DNA of 64,000 bases from Eledone cirrhosa (taxonomy: Eukaryota), in contig OZ024744.1 in assembly GCA_964016885.1 (NCBI GenBank), forward strand, positions 52,948,001-53,012,000, in the 5' to 3' direction. The position numbers were made by a program, and so were the translations under genes. The notes under the pieces are model-generated. The model had not been told where the DNA came from, ran no database searches, and saw nothing but the letters and a program-made list of their open reading frames with translations. Shown here piece by piece: positions 26,601 to 40,600 of the stretch (its first letter is position 1; each line of letters opens with the position of its first letter).

Positions 26601-29600
26601 TGACCAGTAATTACATCAACTACAAGACTACACCAGCACCTCTCTCTCAGTCTAGTGACAAGTGTAAGACATGTGACCAGTAAACATATCAACTACAAGA
26701 CTATACCAGCACCTTTCTCTCAGTCTAGTGACAAGTGTAAGACATGTGACCAGTAAACATATCAACTACAAGACTACACCAGCCCCTCTCTCTCAGTCTA
26801 GTGACAAGTGTAACTCATGTGACCAGTAAACATATCAACTACAAGACTACACCACTCTCTCTCTCAGTCTAGTGACAAGTGTAACTCATGTGACCAGTAA
26901 ACATATCAACTACAAGACTACACCAGCACCACTCTCTCAGTCTAGTGACAAGTGTAAGACATGTGACCAGTAAACATATCAACTACAAGACTACACCAGC
27001 ACCTCTCTCTCAGTCAAGTGACAAGTGTAAGACATGTGACCAGTAAACATATCAACTACAAGACTACACCAGCACCTCTCTCTCAGTCTAGTGACAAGTG
27101 TAAGACATGTGACCAGTAAACATATCAACTACAAGACTACACCAGCACCTCTCTCTCTCAGTCTAGTGACAAGTGTAAGACATGTGACCAGTAAACACAT
27201 CAACTACAAGACTACACCAGCACCACTCTCTCAGACTAGTGACAAGTGTAAGACATGTGACCAGTAAACATATCAACTACAAGACTACACCAGCACCTCT
27301 CTCTCAGTTTAGTGACAAGTGTAAGACATGTGACCAGTAAACATATCAACTACAAGACTACACCAGCACCTCTCTCTCAGTCTAGTGACAAGTGTAAGAC
27401 ATGTGACCAGTAAACATATCAACTACAACACTACACCAGCACCTCTCTCTCAGTCTAGTGACAAGTGTAAGCCATGTGACCAGTAAACATATCAACTACA
27501 AGACTACACCAGCACCTCTCTCTCAGTCTAGTGACAAGTGTAAGACATGTGACCAGTAAACATATCAACTACAAGACTACACCAGCACCTCTCTCTCAGT
27601 CTAGTGACAAGTGTAAGACATGTGACCAGTAAACACATCAACTACAAGACTACACCAGCACCACTCTCTCAGTCTAGTGACAAGTGTAAGACATGTGACC
27701 AGTAATTACATCAACTACAAGACTACACCAGCACCACTCTCTCAGTCTAGTGACAAGTGTAAGACATGTGACCAGTAATTACATCAACTACAAGACTACA
27801 CCAGCACCTCTCTCTCAGTCTAGTGACAAGTGTAAGACATGTGACCAGTAAACACATCAACTACAAGACTACACCAGCACCTCTCTCTCAGTCTAGTGAC
27901 AAGTGTAAGACATGTGACCAGTAAACACATCAACTACAAGACTACACCAGCACCTCTCTCTCAGTCTAGTGACAAGTGTAAGACATGTGACCAGTAATTA
28001 CATCAACTACAAGACTACACCAGCACCTCTCTCTCAGTCTAGTGACAAGTGTAACACATGTGACCAGTAAACATATCAACTACAAGACTACACCAGCACC
28101 TCTCTCTCAGTCTAGTGACAAGTGTAACTCATGTGACCAGTAAACATATCAACTACAAGACTACACCAGCACCTCTCTCTCAGTCTAGTGACAAGTGTAA
28201 GCCATGTGACCAGTAAACACATCAACTACAAGACTACACCAGCACCACTCTCTCAGTCTAGTGACAAGTGTAAGACATGTGACCATTAAACATATCAACT
28301 ACAAGACTACACCAGCACCACTCTCCCAGTCTAGTGACAAGTGTAAGACATGTGACCAGTAAACATATCAACTACAAGACTACACCAGCACCACTCTCCC
28401 AGTCTAGTGACAAGTGTAAGACATGTGACCAGTAAACATATCAACTACAACACTACACCAGCACCTCTCTCTCAGTCTAGTGACAAGTGTAAGTCATGTG
28501 ACCAGTAAACATATCAACTACAAGACTACACCAGCACCTCTCTCTCAGTCTAGTGACAAGTGTAAGACATGTGACCAGTAAACATATCAACTACAAGACT
28601 ACACCAGCACCACTCTCTCTCAGTCTAGTGACAAGTGTAAGACATGTGACCAGTAAACATATCAACTACAAGACTACACCAGCACCTCTCTCTCAGTTTA
28701 GTGACAAGTGTAAGACATGTGACCAGTAAACATATCAACTACAAGACTACACCAGCACCTCTCTCTCAGTCTAGTGACAAGTGTAAGCCATGTGACCAGT
28801 AAACATATCAACTACAAGACTACACCAGCACCTCTCTCTCAGTCTAGTGACAAGTGTAAGACATGTGACCAGTAAACATATCAACTACAAGACTACACCA
28901 GCACCTCTCTCTCAGTCTAGTGACAAGTGTAAGACATGTGACCAGTAAACACATCAACTACAAGACTACACCAGCACCACTCTCTCAGTCTAGTGACAAG
29001 TGTAAGGCATGTGACCAGTAAACACATCAACTACAAGACTACACCAGCACCTCTCTCTCAGTCTAGTGCCAAGTGTAAGACATGTGACCAGTAAACATAT
29101 CAACTACAAGACTACACCAGCCCCTCTCTCTAAGTCTAGTGACAAGTGTAAGACATGTGACCAGTAATTACATCAACTACAAGACTACACCAGCACCACT
29201 CTCTCAGTCTAGTGACAAGTGTAAGACATGTGACCAGTAATTACATCAACTACAAGACTACACCAGCACCTCTCTCTCAGTCTAGTGACAAGTGTAAGAC
29301 ATGTGACCAGTAAACACATCAACTACAAACTACACCAGCACATCTCTCTCAGTCTAGTGACAAGTGTAAGACATGTGACCAGTAAACATATCAACTACAA
29401 GACTACACCAGCACCTCTCTCTCAGTCTAGTGACAAGTGTAAGACATGTGACCAGTAAACACATCAACTACAAACTACACCAGCACCTCTCTCTCAGTCT
29501 AGTGACAAGTGTAAGACATGTGACCAGTAAACACATCAACTACAAGACTACACCAGCACCTCTCTCTCAGTCTAGTGACAAGTGTAAGACATGTGACCAG

Positions 29601-32600
29601 TAAACACATCAACTACAAGACTACACCAGCACCACTCTCTCAGTCTAGTGACAAGTGTAAGACATGTGACCAGTAAACATATCAACTACAAGACTACACC
29701 AGCACCACTCTCTCAGTCTAGTGACAAGTGTAAGTCATGTGACCAGTAATCACATCAACTACAAGACTACACCAGCACCACTCTCTCAGTCTAGTGACAA
29801 GTGTAAGACATGTGACCAGTAAACATATCAACTACAAGACTACACCAGCACCACTCTCTCAGTCTAGTGACAAGTGTAAGACATGTGACCAGTAAACACA
29901 TCAACTACAAGACTACACCAGCACCTCTCTCTCAGTCTAGTGACAAGTGTAACACATGTGACCAGTAAACATATCAACTACAAGACTACACCAGCACCTC
30001 TCTCTCAGTCTAGTGACAAGTGTAAGACATGTGACCAGTAAACACATAAACTACAAGACTACACCAGCACCTCTCTCTCAGTCTAGTGACAAGTGTAACA
30101 CATGTGACCAGTAAACATATCAACTACAAGACTACACCAGCACCTCTCTCTCAGTCTAGTGACAAGTGTAAGACATGTGACCAGTAAACACATAAACTAC
30201 AAGACTACACCAGCACCTCTCTCTCAGTCTAGTGACAAGTGTAAGACATGTGACCAGTAATTACATCAACTACAAGACTACACCAGCACCTCTCTCTCAG
30301 TCTAGTGACAAGTGTAACTCATGTGACCAGTAAACATATAAACTACAAGACTACACCAGCACCACTCTCTCAGTCTAGTGACAAGTGTAACTCATGTGAC
30401 CAGTAAACATATCAACTACAAGACTACACCAGCAGCTCTCTCTCAGTCTAGTGACAAGTGTAAGCCATGTGACCAGTAAACACATCAACTACAAGACTAC
30501 ACCAGCACCACTCTCTCAGTCTAGTGACAAGTGTAAGACATGTGACCAGTAAACATATCAACTACAAGACTACACCAGCACCTCTCTCTCAGTCTAGTGA
30601 CAAGTGTAAGACATGTGACCAGTAAACATATCAACTACAAGACTACACCAGCACCTCTCTCTCAGTCTAGTGACAAGTGTAAGACATGTGACCAGTAAAC
30701 ATATCAACTACAAGACTACACCAGCACCTCTCTCTCAGTCTAGTGACAAGTGTAAGCCATGTGATCAGTAAACATATCAACTACAAGACTACACCAGCAC
30801 CTCTCTCTCAGTCTAGTGACAAGTGTAAGACATGTGACCAGTAAACATATCAACTACAAGACCACACCAGCACCTCTCTCTCAGTCTAGTGACAAGTGTA
30901 AGACATGTGACCAGTAAACACATCAACTACAAGACTACACCAGCAGCACTCTCTCAGTCTAGTGACAAGTGTAAGACATGTGACCAGTAAACACATCAAC
31001 TACAAGACTACACCAGCACCACTCTCTCAGTCTAGTGACAAGTGTAAGACATGTGACCAGTAAACATATCAACTACAAGACTACACCAGCACCTCTCTCT
31101 CAGTCTAGTGACAAGTGTAACTCATGTGACCAGTAATTACATCAACTACAAGACTACACCAGCACCACTCTCTCAGTCTAGTGACAAGTGTAAGACATGT
31201 GACCAGTAAACATATCAACTACAAGACTACACCAGCACCTCTCTCTCAGTCTAGTGACAAGTGTAACTCATGTGACCAGTAATTACATCAACTACAAGAC
31301 TACACCAGCACCTCTCTCTCAGTCTAGTGACAAGTGTAAGACATGTGACCAGTAAACATATCAACTACAAGACTACACCAGCACCTCTCTCTCAGTCTAG
31401 TGACAAGTGTAAGACATGTGACCAGTAAACACATCAACTACAAGACTACACCAGCACCACTCTCTCAGTCTAGTGACAAGTGTAAGACATGTGACCAGTA
31501 AACATATCAACTACAAGACTACACCAGCACCACTCTCTCAGTCTAGTGACAAGTGTAAGACATGTGACCAGTAAACATATCAACTACAAGACTACACCAG
31601 CACCTCTCTCTCAGTCTAGTGACAAGTGTAAGACAGGTGACCAGTAAACATATCAACTACAAGACTACACCAGCACCTCTCTCTCAGTCTAGTGACAAGT
31701 GTAAGACATGTGACCAGTAAACATATCAACTACAAGACTACACCAGCACCTCTCTCTCAGTCTAGTGACAAGTGTAAGGCATGTGACCAGTAAACATATC
31801 AACTACAAGACTACACCAGCACCTCTCTCTCAGTCTAGTGACAAGTGTAACTCATGTGACCAGTAAACATATCAACTACAAGACTACACCAGCACCTCTC
31901 TCTCAGTCTAGTGACAAGTGTAAGACATGTGACCAGTAAACATATCAACTACAAGACTACACCAGCACCTCTCTCCCAGTCTAGTGACAAGTGTAAGACA
32001 TGTGACCAGTAAACATATCAACTACAACACTACACCAGCACCTCTCTCTCAGTCTAGTGACAAGTGTAAGCCATGTGACCAGTAAACATATCAACTACAA
32101 GACTACACCAGCACCTCTCTCTCAGTCTAGTGACAAGTGTAAGACATGTGACCAGTAAACATATCAACTACAAGACTACACCAGCACCTCTCTCTCAGTC
32201 TAGTGACAAGTGTAAGACATGTGACCAGTAAACACATCAACTACAAGACTACACCAGCACCACTCTCTCAGTCTAGTGACAAGTGTAAGACATGTGACCA
32301 GTAATTACATCAACTACAAGACTACACCAGCACCACTCTCTCAGTCTAGTGACAAGTGTAAGACATGTGACCAGTAATTACATCAACTACAAGACTACAC
32401 CAGCACCTCTCTCTCAGTCTAGTGACAAGTGTAAGACATGTGACCAGTAAACACATCAACTACAAACTACACCAGCACATCTCTCTCAGTCTAGTGACAA
32501 GTGTAAGACATGTGACCAGTAAACATATCAACTACAAGACTACACCAGCACCTCTCTCTCAGTCTAGTGACAAGTGTAAGACATGTGACCAGTAAACACA

Positions 32601-35600
32601 TAAACTACAAGACTACACCAGCACCTCTCTCTCAGTCTAGTGACAAGTGTAAGACATGTGACCAGTAATTACATCAACTACAAGACTACACCAGCACCTC
32701 TCTCTCAGTCTAGTGACAAGTGTAACTCATGTGACCAGTAAACATATCAACTACAAGACTACACCAGCACCACTCTCTCAGTCTAGTGACAAGTGTAACT
32801 CATGTGACCAGTAAACATATCAACTACAAGACTACACCAGCACCTCTCTCTCAGTCTAGTGACAAGTGTAAGCCATGTGACCAGTAAACACATCAACTAC
32901 AAGACTACACCAGCACCACTCTCTCAGTCTAGTGACAAGTGTAAGACATGTGACCAGTAAACATATCAACTACAAGACTACACCAGCACCACTCTCTCAG
33001 TCTAGTGACAAGTGTAAGACATGTGACCAGTAAACATATCAACTACAAGACTACACCAGTACCTCTGTCTCAGTCTAGTGACAAGTGTAAGACATGTGAC
33101 CAGTAAACATATCAACTACAAGACTACACCAGCACCTCTCTCTCAGTCTAGTGACAAGTGTAAGTCATGCGACCAGTAAACATATCAACTACAAGACTAC
33201 ACCAGCACCTCTCTCTCAGTCTAGTGACAAGTGTAAGACATGTGACCAGTAAACATATCAACTACAAGACTACACCAGCACCTCTCTCTCAGTCTAGTGA
33301 CAAGTGTAAGACATGTGACCAGTAAACATATCAACTACAAGACTACACCAGCACCTCTCTCTCAGTCTAGTGACAAGTGTAAGACATGTGACCAGTAAAC
33401 ATATCAACTACAAGACTACACCAGCACCACTCTCTCAGTCTAGTGACAAGTGTAAGACATGTGACCAGTAAACATATCAACTACAAGACTACACCAGCAC
33501 CTCTCTCTCAGTCTAGTGACAAGTGTAAGACATGTGACCAGTAAACATATCAACTACAAGACTACACCAGCACCACTCTCTCAGTCTAGTGACAAGTGTA
33601 AGACATGTGACCAGTAAACATATCAACTACAAGACTACACCAGCACCACTCTCTCAGTCTAGTGACAAGTGCAAGACATGTGACCAGTAAACACATCAAC
33701 TACAAGACTACACCAGCACCACTCTCTCAGTCTAGTGACAAGTGTAAGCCATGTGACCAGTAAACACATCAACTACAAGACTACACCAGCACCACTCTCT
33801 CAGTCTAGTGACAAGTGTAAGACATGTGACCAGTAAACATATCAACTACAAGACTACACCAGCACCTCTCTCTCAGTCTAGTGACAAGTGTAAGACATGT
33901 GACCAGTAAACATATCAACTACAAGACTACACCAGCACCTCTCTCTCAGTCTAGTGACAAGTGTAAGACATGTGACCAGTAAACACATCAACTACAAGAC
34001 TACACCAGCACCTCTCTCTCAGTCTAGTGACAAGTGTAAGACATGTGACCAGTAAACACATCAACTACAAGACTACACCAGCCCCTCTCTCTCAGTCTAG
34101 TGACAAGTGTAAGACATGTGACCAGTAATTACATCAACTACAAGACTACACCAGCAGCACTCTCTCAGTCTAGTGACAAGTGTAAGACATGTGACCAGTA
34201 ATTACATCAACTACAAGACTACACCAGCACCTCTCTCTCAGTCTAGTGACAAGTGTAAGACATGTGACCAGTAAACACATCAACTACAAGACTACACCAG
34301 CACCTCTCTCTCAGTCTAGTGACAAGTGTAACTCATGTGACCAGTAATTACATCAACTACAAGACTACACCAGCACCACTCTCTCAGTCTAGTGACAAGT
34401 GTAAGACATGTGACCAGTAAACATATCAACTACAAGACTACACCAGCACCTCTCTCTCAGTCTAGTGACAAGTGTAACTCATGTGACCAGTAATTACATC
34501 AACTACAAGACTACACCAGCACCTCTCTCTCAGTCTAGTGACAAGTGTAAGACATGTGACCAGTAAACATATCAACTGCAAGACTACACCAGCACCACTC
34601 TCTCAGTCTAGTGACAAGTGTAAGACATGTGACCAGTAAACATATCAACTACAAGACTACACCAGCCCCTCTCTCTCAGTCTAGTGACAAGTGTAAGACA
34701 TGTGACCAGTAAACATATCAACTACAAGACTACACCAGCCCCTCTCTCTCAGTCTAGTGACAAGTGTAAGTCATGTGACCAGTAAACATATCAACTACAA
34801 GACTACACCAGCACCTCTCTCTCAGTCTAGTGACAAGTGTAAGACATGTGACCAGTAAACATATCAACTACAAGACTACACCAGCACCACTCTCTCAGTC
34901 TAGTGACAAGTGTAAGGCATGTGACCAGTAAACATATCAACTACAAGACTACACCAGCACCTCTCTCTCAGTCTAGTGACAAGTGTAACTCATGTGACCA
35001 GTAAACATATCAACTACAAGACTACACCAGCACCTCTCTCTCAGTCTAGTGACAAGTGTAACTCATGTGACCAGTAATTACATCAACTACAAGACTACAC
35101 CAGCACCTCTCTCTCAGTCTAGTGACAAGTGTAAGACATGTGACCAGTAAACACATCAACTACAAGACTACACCAGCCCCTCTCTCTCAGACTAGTGACA
35201 AGTGTAAGACATGTGACCAGTAAACATATCAACTACAAGACTACACCAGCACCACTCTCTCAGTCTAGTGACAAGTGTAAGACATGTGACCAGTAAACAT
35301 ATCAACTACAAGACTACACCAGCACCTCTCTCTCAGTCTAGTGACAAGTGTAAGACATGTGACCAGTAAACATATCAACTACAAGACTACACCAGCACCT
35401 CTCTCTCAGTCTAGTGACAAGTGTAAGACATGTGACCAGTAAACATATCAACTACAAGACTACACCAGCACCTCTCTCTCAGTCTAGTGACAAGTGTAAC
35501 TCATGTGACCAGTAAACATATCAACTACAAGACTACACCAGCAACTCTCTCTCAGTCTAGTGACAAGTGTAACTCATGTGACCAGTAATTACATCAACTA

Positions 35601-35630
35601 CAAGACTACACCAGCACCTCTCTCTCAGTC

Positions 35631-36364
35631 TAGTGACAAGTGTAAGACATGTGACCAGTAAACACATCAACTACAAGACTACACCAGCACCTCTCTCTCA
35701 GTCTAGTGACAAGTGTAAGACATGTGTCCAGTAATTACATCAACTACAAGACTACACCAGCACCTCTCTCTCAGTCTAGTGACAAGTGTAAGACATGTGA
35801 CCAGTAAACATATCAACTACAAGACTACACCAGCACCTCTCTCTCTCAGTCTAGTGACAAGTGTAAGACATGTGACCAGTAAACACATCAACTACAAGAC
35901 TACACCAGCACCTCTCTCTCAGTCTAGTGACAAGTGTAAGACATGTGTCCAGTAATTACATCAACTACAAGACTACACCAGCACCTCTCTCTCAGTCTAG
36001 TGACAAGTGTAAGACATGTGACCAGTAAACATATCAACTACAAGACTACACCAGCACCTCTCTCTCTCAGTCTAGTGACAAGTGTAAGACATGTGACCAG
36101 TAAACACATCAACTACAAGACTACACCAGCACCTCTCTCTCAGTCTAGTGACAAGTGTAAGACATGTGTCCAGTAATTACATCAACTACAAGACTACACC
36201 AGCACCTCTCTCTCAGTCTAGTGACAAGTGTAAGACATGTGACCAGTAAACATATCAACTACAAGACTACACCAGCACCTCTCTCTCTCAGTCTAGTGAC
36301 AAGTGTAAGACATGTGACCAGTAAACACATCAACTACAAGACTACGCCAGCACCTCTCTCTCAG
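35631..36364 (+). repeat. Tandem trimer higher-order repeat, 221 bp (73+75+73), ~3.3 copies
   Basis: A GTGTCCAGTAATTAC unit, a 75-bp unit with an extra CT and an AAACAC unit repeat in order. The ORF starts 35722, 35943 and 36164 are exactly 221 apart. Confidence 0.92.
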
Positions 36365-37611
36365 TCTAGTGACAAGTGTAACTCATGTGACCAGTAAACA
36401 TATCAACTACAAGACTACACCAGCACCACTCTCTCAGTCTAGTGACAAGTGTAAGACATGTGACCAGTAAACATATCAACTACAAGACTACACCAGCACC
36501 TCTCTCTCAGTCAAGTGACAAGTGTAAGACATGTGACCAGTAAACACATCAACTACAAGACTACACCAGCACCTCTCTCTCAGTCTAGTGACAAGTGTAA
36601 GACATGTGACCAGTAAACATATCAACTACAAGACTACACCAGCACCTCTCTCTCTCAGTCTAGTGACAAGTGTAAGACATGTGACCAGTAAACACATCAA
36701 CTACAAGACTACACCAGCATCACTCTCTCAGACTAGTGACAAGTGTAAGACATGTGACCAGTAAACATATCAACTACAAGACTACACCAGCACCTCTCTC
36801 TCAGTTTAGTGACAAGTGTAAGACATGTGACCAGTAAACATATCAACTACAAGACTACACCAGCACCTCTCTCTCAGTCTAGTGACAAGTGTAAGCCATG
36901 TGACCAGTAAACATATCAACTACAAGACTACACCAGCACCTCTCTCTCTCAGTCTAGTGACAAGTGTAAGACATGTGACCAGTAAACACATCAACTACAA
37001 GACTACACCAGCATCACTCTCTCAGACTAGTGACAAGTGTAAGACATGTGACCAGTAAACATATCAACTACAAGACTACACCAGCACCTCTCTCTCAGTT
37101 TAGTGACAAGTGTAAGACATGTGACCAGTAAACATATCAACTACAAGACTACACCAGCACCTCTCTCTCAGTTTAGTGACAAGTGTAAGACATGTGACCA
37201 GTAAACACATCAACTACAAGACTACACCAGCACCACTCTCTCAGTCTAGTGACAAGTGTAAGACATGTGACCAGTAATTACATCAACTACAAGACTACAC
37301 CAGCACCTCTCTCTCAGTCTAGTGACAAGTGTAAGACATGTGACCAGTAAACATATCAACTACAAGACTACACCAGCACCTCTCTCTCAGTCTAGTGACA
37401 AGTGTAAGACATGTGACCAGTAAACACATCAACTGCAAGACTACACCAGCACCTCTCTCTCAGTCTAGTGACAAGTGTAAGACATGTGACCAGTAAACAT
37501 ATCAACTACAAGACTACACCAGCACCTCTCTCTCAGTCTAGTGACAAGTGTAAGACATGTGACCCGTAAACATATCAACTACAAGACTACACCAGCACCT
37601 CTCTCTCAGTC

Positions 37612-40600
37612 TAGTGACAAGTGTAAGACATGTGACCAGTAAACACATCAACTACAAGACTACACCAGCACCTCTCTCTCAGTCTAGTGACAAGTGTAAG
37701 ACATGTGTCCAGTAATTACATCAACTACAAGACTACACCAGCACCTCTCTCTCAGTCTAGTGACAAGTGTAAGACATGTGACCAGTAAACATATCAACTA
37801 CAAGACTACACCAGCCCCTCTCTCTCAGTCTAGTGACAAGTGTAACTCATGTGACCAGTAAACATATCAACTACAAGACTACACCAGCACCTCTCTCTCA
37901 GTCTAGTGACAAGTGTAACTCATGTGACCAGTAAACATATCAACTACAAGACTACACCAGCACCTCTCTCTCAGTCTAGTGACAAGTGTAAGTCATGTGA
38001 CCAGTAAACACATCAACTACAAGACTACACCAGCACCACTCTCTCAGTCTAGTGACAAGTGTAAGACATGTGACCAGTAAACACATCAACTACAAGACTA
38101 CGCCAGCACCTCTCTCTCAGTCTAGTGACAAGTGTAACTCATGTGACCAGTAAACATATCAACTACAAGACTACACCAGCACCTCTCTCTCAGTCTAGTG
38201 ACAAGTGTAAGCCATGTGACCAGTAAACATCTCAACTACAAGACTACACCAGCACCTCTCTCTCAGTCTAGTGACAAGTGTAAGACATGTGACCAGTAAA
38301 TATATCAACTACAAGACTACACCAGCACCTCTCTCTCAGTCTAGTGACAAGTGTAAGACATGTGACCAGTAAACATATCAACTACAAGACTACACCAGCA
38401 CCTCTCTCTCAGTCAAGTGACAAGTGTAAGACATGTGACCAGTAAACACATCAACTACAAGACTACACCAGCACCACTCTCTCAGTCTAGTGACAAGTGT
38501 AAGACATGTGACCAGTAATTACATCAACTACAAGACTACACCAGCACCTCTCTCTCAGTCTAGTGACAAGTGTAAGACATGTGACCAGTAAACATATCAA
38601 CTACAAGACTACACCAGCACCTCTCTCTCAGTCTAGTGACAAGTGTAAGACATGTGACCAGTAAACATATCAACTACAACACTACACCAGCACCTCTCTC
38701 TCAGTCTAGTGACAAGTGTAAGCCATGTGACCAGTAAACATATCAACTACAAGACTACACCAGCACCTCTCTCTCAGTCTAGTGACAAGTGTAAGACATG
38801 TGACCAGTAAACACATCAACTACAAGACTACACCAGCACCACTCTCTCAGTCTAGTGACAAGTGTAAGACATGTGACCAGTAATTACATCAACTACAAGA
38901 CTACACCAGCACCACTCTCTCAGTCTAGTGACAAGTGTAAGACATGTGACCAGTAATTACATCAACTACAAGACTACACCAGCACCTCTCTCTCAGTCTA
39001 GTGACAAGTGTAAGACATGTGACCAGTAAACACATCAACTACAAGACTACACCAGCACCTCTCTCTCAGTCTAGTGACAAGTGTAAGACATGTGACCAGT
39101 AAACATATCAACTACAAGACTACACCAGCACCTCTCTCTCAGTCTAGTGACAAGTGTAAGACATGTGACCAGTAAACACATCAACTGCAAGACTACACCA
39201 GCACCTCTCTCTCAGTCTAGTGACAAGTGTAAGACATGTGACCAGTAATTACATCAACTACAAGACTACACCAGCACCTCTCTCTCAGTCTAGTGACAAG
39301 TGTAAGCCATGTGACCAGTAAACATATCAACTACAAGACTACACCAGCACCTCTCTCTCAGTCTAGTGACAAGTGTAAGACATGTGACCAGTAAACACAT
39401 CAACTACAAGACTACACCAGCACCACTCTCTCAGTCTAGTGACAAGTGTAAGACATGTGACCAGTAATTACATCAACTACAAGACTACACCAGCACCACT
39501 CTCTCAGTCTAGTGACAAGTGTAAGACATGTGACCAGTAATTACATCAACTACAAGACTACACCAGCACCTCTCTCTCAGTCTAGTGACAAGTGTAAGAC
39601 ATGTGACCAGTAAACACATCAACTACAAGACTACACCAGCACCTCTCTCTCAGTCTAGTGACAAGTGTAAGACATGTGACCAGTAAACATATCAACTACA
39701 AGACTACACCAGCACCTCTCTCTCAGTCTAGTGACAAGTGTAAGACATGTGACCAGTAAACACATCAACTGCAAGACTACACCAGCACCTCTCTCTCAGT
39801 CTAGTGACAAGTGTAAGACATGTGACCAGTAATTACATCAACTACAAGACTACACCAGCACCTCTCTCTCAGTCTAGTGACAAGTGTAACACATGTGACC
39901 AGTAAACATATCAACTACAAGACTACACCAGCACCACTCTCTCAGTCTAGTGACAAGTGTAACTCATGTGACCAGTAAACATATCAACTACAAGACTACA
40001 CCAGCACCTCTCTCTCAGTCTAGTGACAAGTGTAAGCCATGTGACCAGTAAACATATCAACTACAAGACTACACCAGCACCTCTCTCTCAGTCTAGTGAC
40101 AAGTGTAAGACATGTGACCAGTAAACATATCAACTACAAGACTACACCAGCACCTCTCTCTCAGTCTAGTGACAAGTGTAAGACATGTGACCAGTAAACA
40201 CATCAACTACAAGACTACACCAGCACCACTCTCTCAGTCTAGTGACAAGTGTAAGACATGTGACCAGTAATTACATCAACTACAAGACTACACCAGCACC
40301 ACTCTCTCAGTCTAGTGACAAGTGTAAGACATGTGACCAGTAATTACATCAACTACAAGACTACACCAGCACCACTCTCTCAGTCTAGTGACAAGTGTAA
40401 GACATGTGACCAGTAAACACATCAACTACAAGACTACACCAGCACCTCTCTCTCAGTCTAGTGACAAGTGTAAGACATGTGACCAGTAATTACATCAACT
40501 ACAAGACTACACCAGCACCTCTCTCTCAGTCTAGTGACAAGTGTAAGACATGTGACCAGTAAACATATCAACTACAAGACTACACCAGCACCTCTCTCTC

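Noticed and set aside
35722-36397. Three 77-aa plus-strand ORFs
   Set aside because: They result from the 221-bp trimer: GTGTCC and TAATTAC alter or bypass stops and the 75-bp unit shifts the frame. The consensus has TAG/TGA/TAA stops in two of three frames per monomer and 73 is not a multiple of 3, so no long ORF is possible.
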